Part shown: positions 1 through 9,331 of the stretch, piece by piece
Layout: each line of letters begins with the position of its first letter
Numbering within the stretch: the first letter of the stretch is position 1
Source: Chloroflexia bacterium
Lineage (GTDB): Bacteria > Chloroflexota > Chloroflexia > QHBQ01 > JADMIH01
Direction of reading: 5' to 3'
Length of the DNA: 38,773 nt
NCBI GenBank assembly: GCA_038246925.1
Contig: JBBRVL010000002.1
Span: forward strand, 1-38,773
Made by a program: the position numbers and the translations under genes
The notes under the pieces: generated by a model
What the model saw: only the letters and a program-made list of their open reading frames with translations
What the model was told of the DNA's origin: nothing
Databases searched by the model: none

Positions 1-48
1 CATGCGGCCAGGCATGATGCTTCTCACCGAGTATGACGAAAGGAAATC

Positions 49-1305
49 ATGATGCTTACTGTGCAACCAGCAGCACATCATACCAACCCGACTTATAACT
101 TACCTGATGCAAGCGGCCATTTTGGAGCATTCGGTGGCAAGTACGCCCCTGAGGTTCTCATGCCCGCACTCGAAGAGCTTGAGCGTGAATACACCCGCGC
201 GAAGAGCGATCCAGACTTCTTATCCGAGCTTCGCCACCTCGAACAGCACTACGTGGGCCGGGCCACGCCGCTATATTTTGCCGAGGGATTGACGCGCCGC
301 GCAGGTGGAGCGCGTATCTACCTTAAGCGCGAGGACCTGGCGCATACCGGCGCGCACAAGATCAACAATGCGCTCGGTCAGGCTTTGCTTGCGCGAAGGA
401 TGGGGAAGAAACGCGTAATCGCCGAGACGGGCGCGGGCCAGCATGGGGTCGCTACTGCCACGATTTGCGCGAAACTGGGCATGGAATGTGTCGTCTACAT
501 GGGCGAGGTCGACATCGAGCGGCAGTCACTCAACGTCTTCCGTATGAAACTGCTTGGGGCAGAGGTGCGTCCCGTCTCCTCGGGAAGCCGGACCCTCAAA
601 GACGCCATCAACGAAGCTGTGCGCGACTGGGTCACGAACGTTGAAACGACCCACTACCTGATCGGCTCGGCTGTCGGGATGCACCCATACCCCATGATTG
701 TGCGTGACTTCCAGAGCGTCATCGGAAAGGAAGCCAGGGAGCAGTCCCTCGAGCAGACAGAGCGCCTACCGGACTACGTGGTTGCGTGCGTGGGCGGCGG
801 CAGCAATAGTATCGGCATCTTTTATCCATTTATTGATGACCGGGACGTAAAGTTGGTGGGAGTTGAGGCCGCGGGTGAGGGCATCGAAAGCGGCAGGCAT
901 TCCTCAACTCTGATGGCGGGATCGGTAGGTGTGCTGCACGGATCGCGTTCTTACATGCTGCAAGACGAGCACGGACAGGTGATTGAGACGCATAGCATAT
1001 CTGCGGGTCTCGATTATCCGGGCGTCGGTCCCGAGCACAGCTATCTCAAAGAGACCGGCCGCGCCCAATATGTGAGTGTTACTGACGCCCAGGCTCTCGA
1101 AGGTTTCCGGCTGCTATGCGAAACCGAAGGCATCATCCCTGCTCTAGAATCGTCGCACGCGATTTTCTATGCCGCACAACTGGCAGCAACACTTGCGTCT
1201 GACAGCATGATTATCGTGAACCTTTCAGGCAGGGGAGATAAGGACATGGCTACCGTAGCCGGGGCGCTCAATATCACGCTCACCGGGCAGGCGTCTCGTC
1301 AGTGA
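49..1305 (+). CDS. trpB: tryptophan synthase beta chain
   Basis: 418-aa ORF with TrpB hallmarks: HTGAHKINN (PLP lysine region) and the GGGSNSIG loop. The start ATG overlaps (ATGA) the stop of an upstream frame that is open from the window edge to 50-52. The 3' end overlaps trpA by 4 nt (GTGA). Confidence 0.97.
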   Translation: MMLTVQPAAHHTNPTYNLPDASGHFGAFGGKYAPEVLMPALEELEREYTRAKSDPDFLSELRHLEQHYVGRATPLYFAEGLTRRAGGARIYLKREDLAHTGAHKINNALGQALLARRMGKKRVIAETGAGQHGVATATICAKLGMECVVYMGEVDIERQSLNVFRMKLLGAEVRPVSSGSRTLKDAINEAVRDWVTNVETTHYLIGSAVGMHPYPMIVRDFQSVIGKEAREQSLEQTERLPDYVVACVGGGSNSIGIFYPFIDDRDVKLVGVEAAGEGIESGRHSSTLMAGSVGVLHGSRSYMLQDEHGQVIETHSISAGLDYPGVGPEHSYLKETGRAQYVSVTDAQALEGFRLLCETEGIIPALESSHAIFYAAQLAATLASDSMIIVNLSGRGDKDMATVAGALNITLTGQASRQ

Positions 1306-2111
1306 GCCGTATCCCAGCAGCCTTCCGGCGGCTTAAGAAGAATAACGAAGCGGCCCTGGTTCCCTATCTCACAGTCGGATACCCATCAATAGAAGCGACC
1401 CGTACTTTGCTGCCGGTGATTGCCCGTCAGGGTGCCGACCTGATTGAGCTAGGAGTACCCTTCAGCGACCCGCTCGCCGACGGCGCTACTATTCAGCGTG
1501 CGTCACAGGCTGCTCTCGAAGCAGGAATTACCCTCTCTGATTGCCTACAAGTGGCCGCAGAAGCTCGCCGCTCGAATGAAGTGCCGCTCCTGATGATGAG
1601 CTACTTCAATCCGATCCATAAGTACGGCCAGAAGCAATTTGCCGAGGCTGCTTCTTCCTCCGGCGTCGATGGCCTTATCGTACCTGACCTCCCACCTGAT
1701 GAGGCGGGGGAATTCAAGGCTGCATGCGACGAGCGCAACATAGACCTGATTTTTCTGCTGGCTCCTACCAGTACCGACGAGCGCATCCGGCGCGTCACCG
1801 AGATGGCGAGCGGTTTCATTTACTGTGCATCGCTTACCGGGGTGACAGGCGCACGCACAGAATTGAGCCAGGCCCTGCCTGACCTTATCTCTCGCATACG
1901 CCCGCATACCGATCTCCCATTAGTAGCCGGATTTGGGATCAGCACGCCGGAGCAGGTAGCGGACGTAGTCAAAGTGGCAGATGGAGCCATAGTCGCCAGC
2001 GCCCTGATCAACCTGATCGAGACCTTGCCCGCGGACGACCTTATCATAGGCGTGTCCGACTTCATCCGTAGCATGAAAGAGGCGACGGTGGGGTTAGGGG
2101 TTAGGGGTTAG
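1302..2111 (+). CDS. trpA: tryptophan synthase alpha chain
   Basis: 269-aa ORF with a GTG start coupled to the trpB stop. TrpA-like motifs are present: [18 protein letters not shown] and YLTVGYP. The last 6 codons (GLGVRG) and the TAG stop are encoded by the GGGTTAG repeat. Confidence 0.95.
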   Translation: MSRIPAAFRRLKKNNEAALVPYLTVGYPSIEATRTLLPVIARQGADLIELGVPFSDPLADGATIQRASQAALEAGITLSDCLQVAAEARRSNEVPLLMMSYFNPIHKYGQKQFAEAASSSGVDGLIVPDLPPDEAGEFKAACDERNIDLIFLLAPTSTDERIRRVTEMASGFIYCASLTGVTGARTELSQALPDLISRIRPHTDLPLVAGFGISTPEQVADVVKVADGAIVASALINLIETLPADDLIIGVSDFIRSMKEATVGLGVRG

Positions 2112-2168
2112 TAGCCAATGCATAAGTCAAGGCTTCACGTTTCCAATCCCTAATCCCTAACCCCTAAC
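2091..2168. repeat. heptamer-repeat inverted pair: GGGTTAG x3 / CCCTAAY x3
   Basis: GGGTTAG x3 lies at 2091-2111, and its last TAG is the trpA stop. A 36-nt loop follows, then CCCTAAT/CCCTAAC/CCCTAAC at 2148-2168. The arms are complementary with one mismatch. It could act as a trpA terminator hairpin. Confidence 0.9.
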
Positions 2169-2228
2169 CCCTTATGTTATACTGGAAGTACCCCCTTCCC
2201 ACGCATGACAGAATTGGAGGTTGCTCCC

Positions 2229-3251
2229 ATGACTTTGCACGACTTGAACGACATGCAGCGGTACCTGGTAGAAGAGGAAGCTGAGAAGTGGCACGAGGGC
2301 CGGATTACCCGGCGTGAGTTGATGCGCCGGGTTTCTCTACTGGTTGGAGGAGCAGCGGCGGCTAGCAGCCTCCTGGTGACGCTCGGCTGCGATCCGAACA
2401 GCCCCGAAGTGGCCCCCGCCGCGACGGCCACCAACATAGCATCTGCCGCCACGCAAGGTACGGAACCATCTCCCGCCGTGTCGGACACGACCCCCACAGC
2501 AGGTCAAGCCAGCGCAAGCCCCAACCACGTCCCTGAGAACGACTCGTCTGTACGCGCCGAGATGGTTGACATAACCTCTTCTGAGGCAGGTGTGAAGTTG
2601 AGAGGCTACCTTGCGGTTCCGGCTGTGCCTGCGATGGGTATGGCAAAGCCTGCGGGTGTCCTGGTTATACACGAGAACAGGGGACTGACTGATCATATCA
2701 AGGATGTAGTCCGGCGCTTCGCTAAGGCCAATTACACGGCGCTGGCGGTAGACCTTGTATCACGCGAAGGCGGAAGCGAGGCCCACCCCGACGAGGCAGA
2801 GCGGACCGCCATCCTGGGGAATCTATCGGCTGATCAGATCATCTCAGACCTCTCTGCTGGTCTGGACCACCTGAAGGGTAAGGCCGAGGCGAACCCAGAC
2901 AGGCTGGCTGTCATCGGATTCTGCTTTGGAGGTGGCTATACCTGGCGAATCGCTACTAAACGTCCCGACCTCAAAGCGGGGGCTGCCTTTTATGGCCCCA
3001 ATCCACCCCTCGAAGATGTGCCGAACATCAAGGCTGCCATGTTGGGCATCTACGGCGGCAACGATACACGTATAACAGGTCAGGCGCCTGCGCTCGAAGA
3101 CGCCCTCAAAAAGGCAGGCGTCAAGTACGAGATAAAGATATACGAAGGCGCCGACCATGCCTTCCACAATGATACGGGCGACCGCTACAACGCCACGGCT
3201 GCTCAGGATGCGTGGGCCAAGACGTTGGAGTGGTTCGGCGCTAATCTGTAG
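2229..3251 (+). CDS. dienelactone hydrolase family protein, probably Tat-exported, possibly a lipoprotein
   Basis: The DLH fold motifs are IHENRGL, the GFCFGG nucleophile elbow and DHAF. The N-terminus has TRRELMRRV followed by a hydrophobic stretch ending LVTLGC, then a Thr/Ala/Pro linker. GGAGG at 2216-2220 lies 8 nt before the ATG at 2229. The ORF track start at 2205 is an alternative. Confidence 0.85.
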   Translation: MTLHDLNDMQRYLVEEEAEKWHEGRITRRELMRRVSLLVGGAAAASSLLVTLGCDPNSPEVAPAATATNIASAATQGTEPSPAVSDTTPTAGQASASPNHVPENDSSVRAEMVDITSSEAGVKLRGYLAVPAVPAMGMAKPAGVLVIHENRGLTDHIKDVVRRFAKANYTALAVDLVSREGGSEAHPDEAERTAILGNLSADQIISDLSAGLDHLKGKAEANPDRLAVIGFCFGGGYTWRIATKRPDLKAGAAFYGPNPPLEDVPNIKAAMLGIYGGNDTRITGQAPALEDALKKAGVKYEIKIYEGADHAFHNDTGDRYNATAAQDAWAKTLEWFGANL

Positions 3252-3295
3252 AGTGGGTGTCCTATCTTCACAGCACGAAATTAGAAAGGAAATAA

Positions 3296-3712
3296 ATGCA
3301 AACCAATCATGCAGACTTCGCCCGCACCGAAGAGATCAATGCTATACTCGACATGAAGAAGATAGCAGTTGTGGGACTGTCATCGGACCCATCCCGCGCC
3401 AGCTACGGGGTCGCCAGGTATATGCAGAGGCACGGTTATCAGGTTATCCCGGTCAACCCAAACGAAGCTGAAATCCTGGGTGAGAAAGCCTATCCAGGCC
3501 TGCCCGATCTGCCTGAGCCTCCTGAAGTGGTTGATGTTTTCCGCAGGCCCGAGCATGTCGCCGGAGTCGTGGACGAGGCCATAGCCGCAGGCGCAAAAGC
3601 AATCTGGTTACAGCTAGGAGTGATAGACAAGCAAGCCGCTCAAAAAGCCCGCAATGCAGGCCTGTTGGTGGTCATGGACAGGTGTATCAAGATCGAACAC
3701 GCGGCCAGATAA
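3296..3712 (+). CDS. CoA-binding domain protein (YccU/YneT-like)
   Basis: 138-aa ORF with IAVVGLSSDPSRASYGVARYMQRHGYQVIPVNPN, typical of the CoA_binding_2 family. An AAAGGA ribosome-binding site precedes the ATG. Confidence 0.85.
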   Translation: MQTNHADFARTEEINAILDMKKIAVVGLSSDPSRASYGVARYMQRHGYQVIPVNPNEAEILGEKAYPGLPDLPEPPEVVDVFRRPEHVAGVVDEAIAAGAKAIWLQLGVIDKQAAQKARNAGLLVVMDRCIKIEHAAR

Positions 3713-3758
3713 ATGCTTTCAGGAGTGCCTTTACCCACATAAGTTGCCGGCGTTCAAT

Positions 3759-3790
3759 CCATAATTCATAACTCAAAAACCATAATTCCC
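3759..3790. repeat. solo C-type heptamer block (CATAATT/CAAAAAC words)
   Basis: The sequence is ccataattcataactcaaaaaccataattccc, just upstream of the mtnP RBS. It uses the same word family as the right arm at 14603-14637. No complementary arm is seen nearby. Confidence 0.7.
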
Positions 3791-3802
3791 GAAGGGAAGA
3801 GG

Positions 3803-4675
3803 ATGCAGACAGGCGTAATTGGTATCATAGGCGGTTCGGGCTTTTACAACATGGCGGGCATCAGCGAAGTGCGCACCGTCAACATTGACACTCCCTTTGG
3901 AGCGACCAGTGACTCTGTATTATTGGGCAAGATCGCGGGCCGGGACATCGCCTTTATAGCACGCCACGGCAAGGGCCACCGCGTGAATCCCACCAACGTG
4001 CCGGTGCGAGCTAATGTATTCGCGCTCAAAGCTCTCGGAGTAACACATCTTATCTCGGTTAGCGCGGTAGGCAGCATGAGGGAAGAGATCGAGCCACTCC
4101 ACATGGTTGTGCCCGACCAGCTTTTCGACCGCACCGTCCACCGCCCCCGCACTTTCTTCGATGACGGCCCGGTAGTGCATATCGCCTTCGCCGAGCCATA
4201 TTGCCCCGATCTGCGCTCGAGGTTGCTGAACGCTGCCCAAACGGCAGGCGCGACGGTTCATGGCGGCGGCACGTACATATGCATTGAAGGCCCGCAGTTT
4301 TCCACCAGGGCCGAGTCGGTCCTGTACCGCCAGTGGGGCATGTCGGTGATAGGTATGACGGCACTCCCTGAAGCGAGGCTCGCCCGCGAGGCCGAGATGT
4401 GCTACGCGACCCTGGCAATGGCTACCGACTATGATACCTGGCACCCGGACCACGACAGCGTTACGGTAGACCTAGTCGTCCAGAACCTTAGCCATAATGT
4501 CCGGCTTGCTCAGGCGACAGTGGCTGCTCTCATCCCGGCTATATCGCAAAGCCGGATGTGTGCCTGCGGAAACGCTCTGGAGAGCGCCCTTATGACCCAG
4601 CCTGATCTCGTGCCCGATGAGACCAAGAGCCGCCTGGGGCCTCTCCTGGCGCGTTACCTGGGAGCCGGAAAGTAG
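3803..4675 (+). CDS. mtnP: S-methyl-5'-thioadenosine phosphorylase
   Basis: 290-aa ORF starting GIIGGSGFY, with ARHGKGH and MTALPEARLAREAE, typical of MTAP/PNP-family phosphorylases. GAAGGGAAGAGG RBS. Confidence 0.93.
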   Translation: MQTGVIGIIGGSGFYNMAGISEVRTVNIDTPFGATSDSVLLGKIAGRDIAFIARHGKGHRVNPTNVPVRANVFALKALGVTHLISVSAVGSMREEIEPLHMVVPDQLFDRTVHRPRTFFDDGPVVHIAFAEPYCPDLRSRLLNAAQTAGATVHGGGTYICIEGPQFSTRAESVLYRQWGMSVIGMTALPEARLAREAEMCYATLAMATDYDTWHPDHDSVTVDLVVQNLSHNVRLAQATVAALIPAISQSRMCACGNALESALMTQPDLVPDETKSRLGPLLARYLGAGK

Positions 4676-4685
4676 GTATCGTGGT

Positions 4686-6083
4686 ATGAGTCTTACATCG
4701 CCTTATAAACCCGTACCTAGAACGCCCAGCCAGCGCAATTTCTGGTCGATTGTACGTGGGTTTCGATGGCGTGAGTTCCGGTTGCTCCTTGCCCCCTCAC
4801 TCTTAAGCATCGTAGGTATGCTGATGGTCATCCTTGTGCCGACGGGAGATGTCCAGTGGCAGTGGAAAGACATCTGGATGAGCTTTCTCTTCATCGGGCT
4901 TGTCTACGGAGTCCATGCCTGGCTCAACGTAACTCGGCCTAATGCCGACCAGGTGCTGCTCCCGATCACTGCGACGGCGATGGTGCTTGGCCTGGTGATT
5001 ATCCAGCGCCTCGAGCCTGCCCTGGTGAGCAGGAGTCCCGACTTTGAAGGGATCGCCCGAAAGCAAGTCCTCTGGATCACGCTCGGCATGCTGGCGCTTT
5101 GGTTCACGGCATCTGTAGTGCGCGACATCAATATACTCCGCAAGTACAAATACTCGTTCGCCATCCTGGGTATCGGCCTGGTAGCGGCTACCCTGGTCTT
5201 CGGCACTGACGGTGGCAGCGGCAGCGGGGTGCGCCTCTGGTTCGACTTTGGCTTCTTCCAATTCCAACCATCTGAGCTATTAAAGATACTGCTGGTCATC
5301 TTCCTTGCCGGATACCTGGACGACAAGCGCGAGCTACTTGCATCGCCATATAAGATAGGCCCTTTCAAGCTGCCGCCACTTCCATATCTTGCGCCCCTGC
5401 TCTTGCTTTGGGCCCTTGCTCTGGTCTTGTTTGTCGTGCAAAGAGACCTCGGTAGCGCGATGCTTTTCTTCGGCATATTCCTGGCTATGCTCTACGTCGC
5501 AAGCGGGCGACCTTTTTATGTAGTCGCCGGGCTGTCTCTCTTCTTCGCTGCCGCCTATTCGTTGAACGCCTTTTTCTCTTCTCAGTTCACACACATCCAG
5601 CGCCGCGTGAACATCTGGCTCGACCCGTGGCCGGTTGGGCAAGACGCAGGCTACCAGATCGTCCAGTCGCTCTATGCCCTTGCTTCGGGCGGAGTGCTTG
5701 GCAAAGGTATAGGGTTCGGCTCGCCTGGCTACATCCCGGCTGTACAGACCGACATGGTTATCGCTGCTATAGGCGAGGAGCTTGGGTTGGCCGGAACTCT
5801 CGGGGTGGTCGCGCTCTTCATGCTGCTTGTCTATCGTGGCTACCACATCGGCCTCATGGCGCGCACAGGTTACGAGCAATTGCTGGCCGTGGGCCTCACC
5901 ACTATCCTCGGCCTCCAGACGATTATTATCATCGGTGGGGCTATCAAGATGATCCCCCTGACCGGCATTACTTTACCCTTTATCAGTTATGGCGGTTCGT
6001 CCCTGATAACTAACTGCATTATTATCGGCCTCCTGCTGCGTATTTCCGCGCCCCGTGCCGTACGCACCGAACGCTTGAAGTGA
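4686..6083 (+). CDS. FtsW/RodA/SpoVE (SEDS) family peptidoglycan polymerase, RodA-like by context
   Basis: Multi-pass membrane protein with SEDS motifs: QPSELLKI, the DLGSAML region and PLTGITLPFISYGGSS. The ATG at 4686 begins MSLTSPYK, just after the mtnP stop. The ORF-track start at 4617 overlaps mtnP. A class-B PBP follows directly. Confidence 0.9.
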   Translation: MSLTSPYKPVPRTPSQRNFWSIVRGFRWREFRLLLAPSLLSIVGMLMVILVPTGDVQWQWKDIWMSFLFIGLVYGVHAWLNVTRPNADQVLLPITATAMVLGLVIIQRLEPALVSRSPDFEGIARKQVLWITLGMLALWFTASVVRDINILRKYKYSFAILGIGLVAATLVFGTDGGSGSGVRLWFDFGFFQFQPSELLKILLVIFLAGYLDDKRELLASPYKIGPFKLPPLPYLAPLLLLWALALVLFVVQRDLGSAMLFFGIFLAMLYVASGRPFYVVAGLSLFFAAAYSLNAFFSSQFTHIQRRVNIWLDPWPVGQDAGYQIVQSLYALASGGVLGKGIGFGSPGYIPAVQTDMVIAAIGEELGLAGTLGVVALFMLLVYRGYHIGLMARTGYEQLLAVGLTTILGLQTIIIIGGAIKMIPLTGITLPFISYGGSSLITNCIIIGLLLRISAPRAVRTERLK

Positions 6084-6157
6084 TTTTCGTCGGGTACTAA
6101 AGGCTGTCCACGCTTTGATGTCCTGATCCTTAGTTTGAATCTAGCCTAGAAACAATC

Positions 6158-7903
6158 GTGTACTATATGCTAAGAAGCTTTGTCCGCACCCTGGCCCTCG
6201 CAATAGCCCTCATCTTGCTACTCTTCGGATTCGTCAGCGGGGTCTTTCCTGCTGCTCCTGCTGAAGCGCTGACGCCACCAAATGATAACATTTGGCTACT
6301 CTGCCTCGCGGGTGCCTTCCCACTTCTCCTTATCTATGTGTGGCTACCTGGGACAGACCCCAACGCACCTCAACGTCTCACCCTGGATGCTCGCTTCCGC
6401 CATAACGTGCAGCAGCTTGGCGGCTTCCTTCTTGTGGGGTTTGTGCTAATCAGCCTGCACCTTCTGCGCGAGCAGATTGTTGCTGCTTCGGCGATCAAGA
6501 GCGCCACGGTCATCACCGAGACAGGCGCAGTAATACAGGACCCTCGCAAAGTACCCGAGCAGCTGCGTGTTCGTCGTGGCTCGATCTTCGCCGGGGACAA
6601 AGTTATCGCCGCGAGTGATGTCATTTCACCCTCGCGCTACGTTCACCGCGTCTACCCTGAGCCTAACCTGTCATATCTGGCCGGATATTACAACCCCACA
6701 ATCTATGGATCGGCGGGGCTGGAAGCATCCTTCGATGCCTATCTCTCCGGCAGCGAGGCACTTGACCCGATACTAAAGCAGCAGCGGGATATCCTGCATC
6801 GCCCGGTTATAGGCAACGACATTCGGCTCACGATTGACCCGGCGCTCCAGAACGTGGCACAAGAAGCCCTCGGCGAGCGCAAGGGCGCGGTGGTGTTGCT
6901 TGATGCTCAGAGCGGAGCTATACTGGCGATGGCCTCTTACCCCCATATCGACCCGCAGCAGTTGTCCTTCGACCCCAATCAGGACGATTGGAGTGTCGAG
7001 AACAAGCGCATCATCGATTACTACGAAGGGGTGCTAAACGACCCTTCTAACCCGCTCATCATGCGCGCCACGCAGGGACTCTATCCACCAGGCTCCACGT
7101 TCAAGACCGTTACGTCGGCAGCCGCGATAGACACCAACACCGCGCAGGCGATGTCTGTGTTCAGCGACACGAACGGCAAGGTGAAGGTAGAGGCGGGCAA
7201 CTACGTTCACGCCGACTGCGCCACCTGCCGCCCCGGCAATCACGGCCCCAATTTCACCCTTATTGAAGGATATAAATGGTCACTCAACGTGGTATTTGCC
7301 GAGCTTGGGGTGGCCCTCGGTCAGAACCGCATGGTAGAGTATGCGCGCCGCTTCGGCTTCGGCACACGCTACGACATAGGCGTGCCTGTTGAGGCAAGCC
7401 GTGTGGCGTCCGATCCTGACTTGCTAAAGGGTAAGAACCTGCTCGCTGCCACAGCATACGGACAGGGTGAAGTGCAGGCGACGGCCCTTCAGATGGCGTT
7501 GGTGGCCGCGACAGTGGCTCATGGAGGAGAGGTTCCCGCGCCCTATCTTGTAGCGTCAGTCACCGACCCTGAGACAGGAGCGCCCATCTGGCAGTTCCAG
7601 CCTCGAAACATACAGAGGGCAATCTCACCTCAGACCAACGAAACTGTGAAGCAAATGATGATTACCTCTACTGTGTCGGGTTGGGCAAAGGGTGCTGCAA
7701 TTCCAGGTACTACAGTGGGCGGCAAGACAGGCACCGCCGAGACAGGCCGTGACAGTTCTCACTCATGGTTCACCGGCTTCGCGGGCAAGGACCCTAACCG
7801 CCCGCAATATGCGATAGCTGTGGTCGTAGAAGAGGGTGGTGAAGGTACGCGTGTGGCGCTCCCCCTGGCGCGGACGGTGCTTGTAGCGGCTCTGAACAGG
7901 TAA
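6158..7903 (+). CDS. class B penicillin-binding protein (PbpA-like transpeptidase)
   Basis: N-terminal TM anchor. Transpeptidase motifs are STFK (PGSTFKT), SLN and KTGTAE. Its position directly downstream of a SEDS gene resembles the rodA-pbpA pairing. The start is uncertain: GTG 6158 or ATG 6167. Confidence 0.9.
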   Translation: MYYMLRSFVRTLALAIALILLLFGFVSGVFPAAPAEALTPPNDNIWLLCLAGAFPLLLIYVWLPGTDPNAPQRLTLDARFRHNVQQLGGFLLVGFVLISLHLLREQIVAASAIKSATVITETGAVIQDPRKVPEQLRVRRGSIFAGDKVIAASDVISPSRYVHRVYPEPNLSYLAGYYNPTIYGSAGLEASFDAYLSGSEALDPILKQQRDILHRPVIGNDIRLTIDPALQNVAQEALGERKGAVVLLDAQSGAILAMASYPHIDPQQLSFDPNQDDWSVENKRIIDYYEGVLNDPSNPLIMRATQGLYPPGSTFKTVTSAAAIDTNTAQAMSVFSDTNGKVKVEAGNYVHADCATCRPGNHGPNFTLIEGYKWSLNVVFAELGVALGQNRMVEYARRFGFGTRYDIGVPVEASRVASDPDLLKGKNLLAATAYGQGEVQATALQMALVAATVAHGGEVPAPYLVASVTDPETGAPIWQFQPRNIQRAISPQTNETVKQMMITSTVSGWAKGAAIPGTTVGGKTGTAETGRDSSHSWFTGFAGKDPNRPQYAIAVVVEEGGEGTRVALPLARTVLVAALNR

Positions 7904-7944
7904 ATCTTCCTGTATATACTCTGTTCAATTCATAGCAGATCACC

Positions 7945-7974
7945 TTGATTATTTGCCACTAAATATGGTACTAT
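7945..7974 (+). promoter_or_regulatory. candidate hicAB promoter (TTGATT-N18-TGgTACTAT)
   Basis: -35-like TTGATT at 7945-7950 and an extended -10-like TGgTACTAT ending at 7974, about 20 nt before the hicA ATG. It is flanked by a 7-bp inverted repeat: ttcatag at 7929-7935 and ctatgaa at 7971-7977. Confidence 0.3.
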
Positions 7975-7994
7975 GAATAGGGGCAGATTAAGTC

Positions 7995-8234
7995 ATGTCA
8001 AAGCGGAACAAGAGGCGCGAGGCACTGGCACACAACCCCAAGGCGGTTCGGCCTGAGGACTTGGATGCAGTTCTGCGGGCAGAGGGCTTTATAGTACGCC
8101 AGCAGAGTGGTAGTCACCGAATCTATGTGCGTGACAAACAAGTTATCTCCGTTCCGCAGCGCCATCCCTTCTTATTGCCTACTTACGTAAAGCAAGCGTT
8201 GTCCTTGCTGGGAACTGAGGACGAAGATGACTAA
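7995..8234 (+). CDS. hicA: type II toxin-antitoxin system HicA family toxin
   Basis: 79-aa basic protein with the HicA GSHRIY motif. It overlaps the downstream hicB by 8 nt. Confidence 0.9.
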   Translation: MSKRNKRREALAHNPKAVRPEDLDAVLRAEGFIVRQQSGSHRIYVRDKQVISVPQRHPFLLPTYVKQALSLLGTEDEDD

Positions 8235-8682
8235 AATAGCTAACACCAAGCAGATTATCAGTAAAGTCGAAGAGCATATGGCTTTATCATACCGCATCGA
8301 GATGGTACCTGATGTTGATGGTTGGTTTGTCAGCATCCCGGACTTGCCTGGCTGTATAAGTCAAGGCGCTACCCCTGAAGAGGCCCTCGAAATGATCCAA
8401 GATGCTCAGCGTCTCTGGTTGCAAGTATCCCTGGAGCAGGGGCACGATATTCCTGTGCCCAGCACGCAAGAGGACTACATATATAGTGGCAAATTCAACG
8501 TGCGCGTTCCAAAGGATTTGCACCGTGACCTGGCTAATTCGGCTGAGGCACAAGGCGTCAGTCTACTTCTTTTTGTTGCAACCACACTTGCAAGTGCTGT
8601 GAACTCCAAAAGAAAATCCAGACCACCAGCGCCGAAGACGAATTCTATGGGGAATAAGCCACGCGTTGCCGTAAAGAAGTAG
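8227..8682 (+). CDS. hicB: type II toxin-antitoxin system HicB family antitoxin
   Basis: 151 aa. The N-terminal HicB fold contains GWFVSIPDLPGCISQGATPEEAL. The C-terminal ribbon-helix-helix-like segment is GKFNVRVPKDLHRDLA. Confidence 0.88.
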   Translation: MTKIANTKQIISKVEEHMALSYRIEMVPDVDGWFVSIPDLPGCISQGATPEEALEMIQDAQRLWLQVSLEQGHDIPVPSTQEDYIYSGKFNVRVPKDLHRDLANSAEAQGVSLLLFVATTLASAVNSKRKSRPPAPKTNSMGNKPRVAVKK

Positions 8683-8686
8683 TAAC

Positions 8687-9247
8687 CTAGCCGAGCGCCT
8701 CACTCACAGAAACAACAGTATCCGATCCTATGGGTACGGCCAGCATGTCGCCTGATTTGGCTTTGCTTACTTTTCGGTAGGCTCCACCGACTGGATCAGC
8801 GTATACCTCTACCACATTCTCAACCAGGTTGACTATCCAAAGCTCAGGCACGCCCGCCTCTGCATAAAGCGGCGCCTTCGCAGTCTTATCGCGGGCAACG
8901 GAACTGTCGGCTACTTCTACCAGGAGCAAGACATCCTGGGGTGTGGGCCGCGCTTCGCTGTAGAAATCGGCGGAGGGCTTGAGCAATGCAACATCAGGCT
9001 CCGTCATCGAATGGCCTTCTATTCGGATAGGATTTTGGGCCCACACGATAGCCACGTGCCCGACCCTCCTCTCGAAAAGCTTGGTAATTCACGCTACACA
9101 TGCCGCATGGCGAAGACCAATGGGTACCTTCTTTATGATCTCGCCGCGAATAAGCTCAACACGGTCGTCCTCCCCAAGGATACCTGTCTCGATCATCTTT
9201 TCGTATTTGTCGACTGTGAATAGGATGCGCTCGATGTCGACTGCCAT
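8687..9247 (-). pseudogene. Uma2 (DUF820) family endonuclease interrupted by an in-frame TGA
   Basis: The minus-strand ATG at 9247 opens MAVDIERILFTVDKYEKMIETGILGEDDRVELIRGEIIKKVPIGLRHAACVA, followed by TGA at 9091-9089. The same frame then continues ITKLFERRVGH into the 122-aa track ORF (8687-9055), which contains QNPIRI, LLLVEVADSS and ELWIVN. Total length of 186 codons matches intact Uma2 proteins. Confidence 0.8.
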
Positions 9248-9302
9248 ATTGCTACCTACAGTTCAAGATAAATTTACTGCGCTTTTGGTTAGTTGTAAGA
9301 GT

Positions 9303-9331
9303 ATGATAGCACCCTGGGACGAGCCTTACAA
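9303..9331 (-). promoter_or_regulatory. candidate promoter for the Uma2 gene (TTGTAA-N17-TATCAT on the minus strand)
   Basis: The reverse complement of 9326-9331 is TTGTAA and of 9303-9308 is TATCAT, with a 17-nt spacer. It lies about 55 nt upstream of the ATG at 9247. Confidence 0.4.

Noticed and set aside
2091-2168. GGGTTAG/CCCTAA repeats as telomere-like sequence or a linear replicon end
   Set aside because: There are only three units per arm. They are embedded between trpA and a hydrolase gene in a normal operon context. One arm is part of the trpA ORF and the two arms are inverted relative to each other. This is one member of the window-wide heptamer family.
9089-9091. In-frame TGA in the Uma2 gene as selenocysteine or a reassigned codon
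   Set aside because: Several genes in the window terminate with TGA at the expected ends (for example mraZ, ftsI and trpB). I see no obvious SECIS-like hairpin immediately downstream. Uma2 nucleases are not known selenoproteins. A nonsense mutation is the simplest reading.
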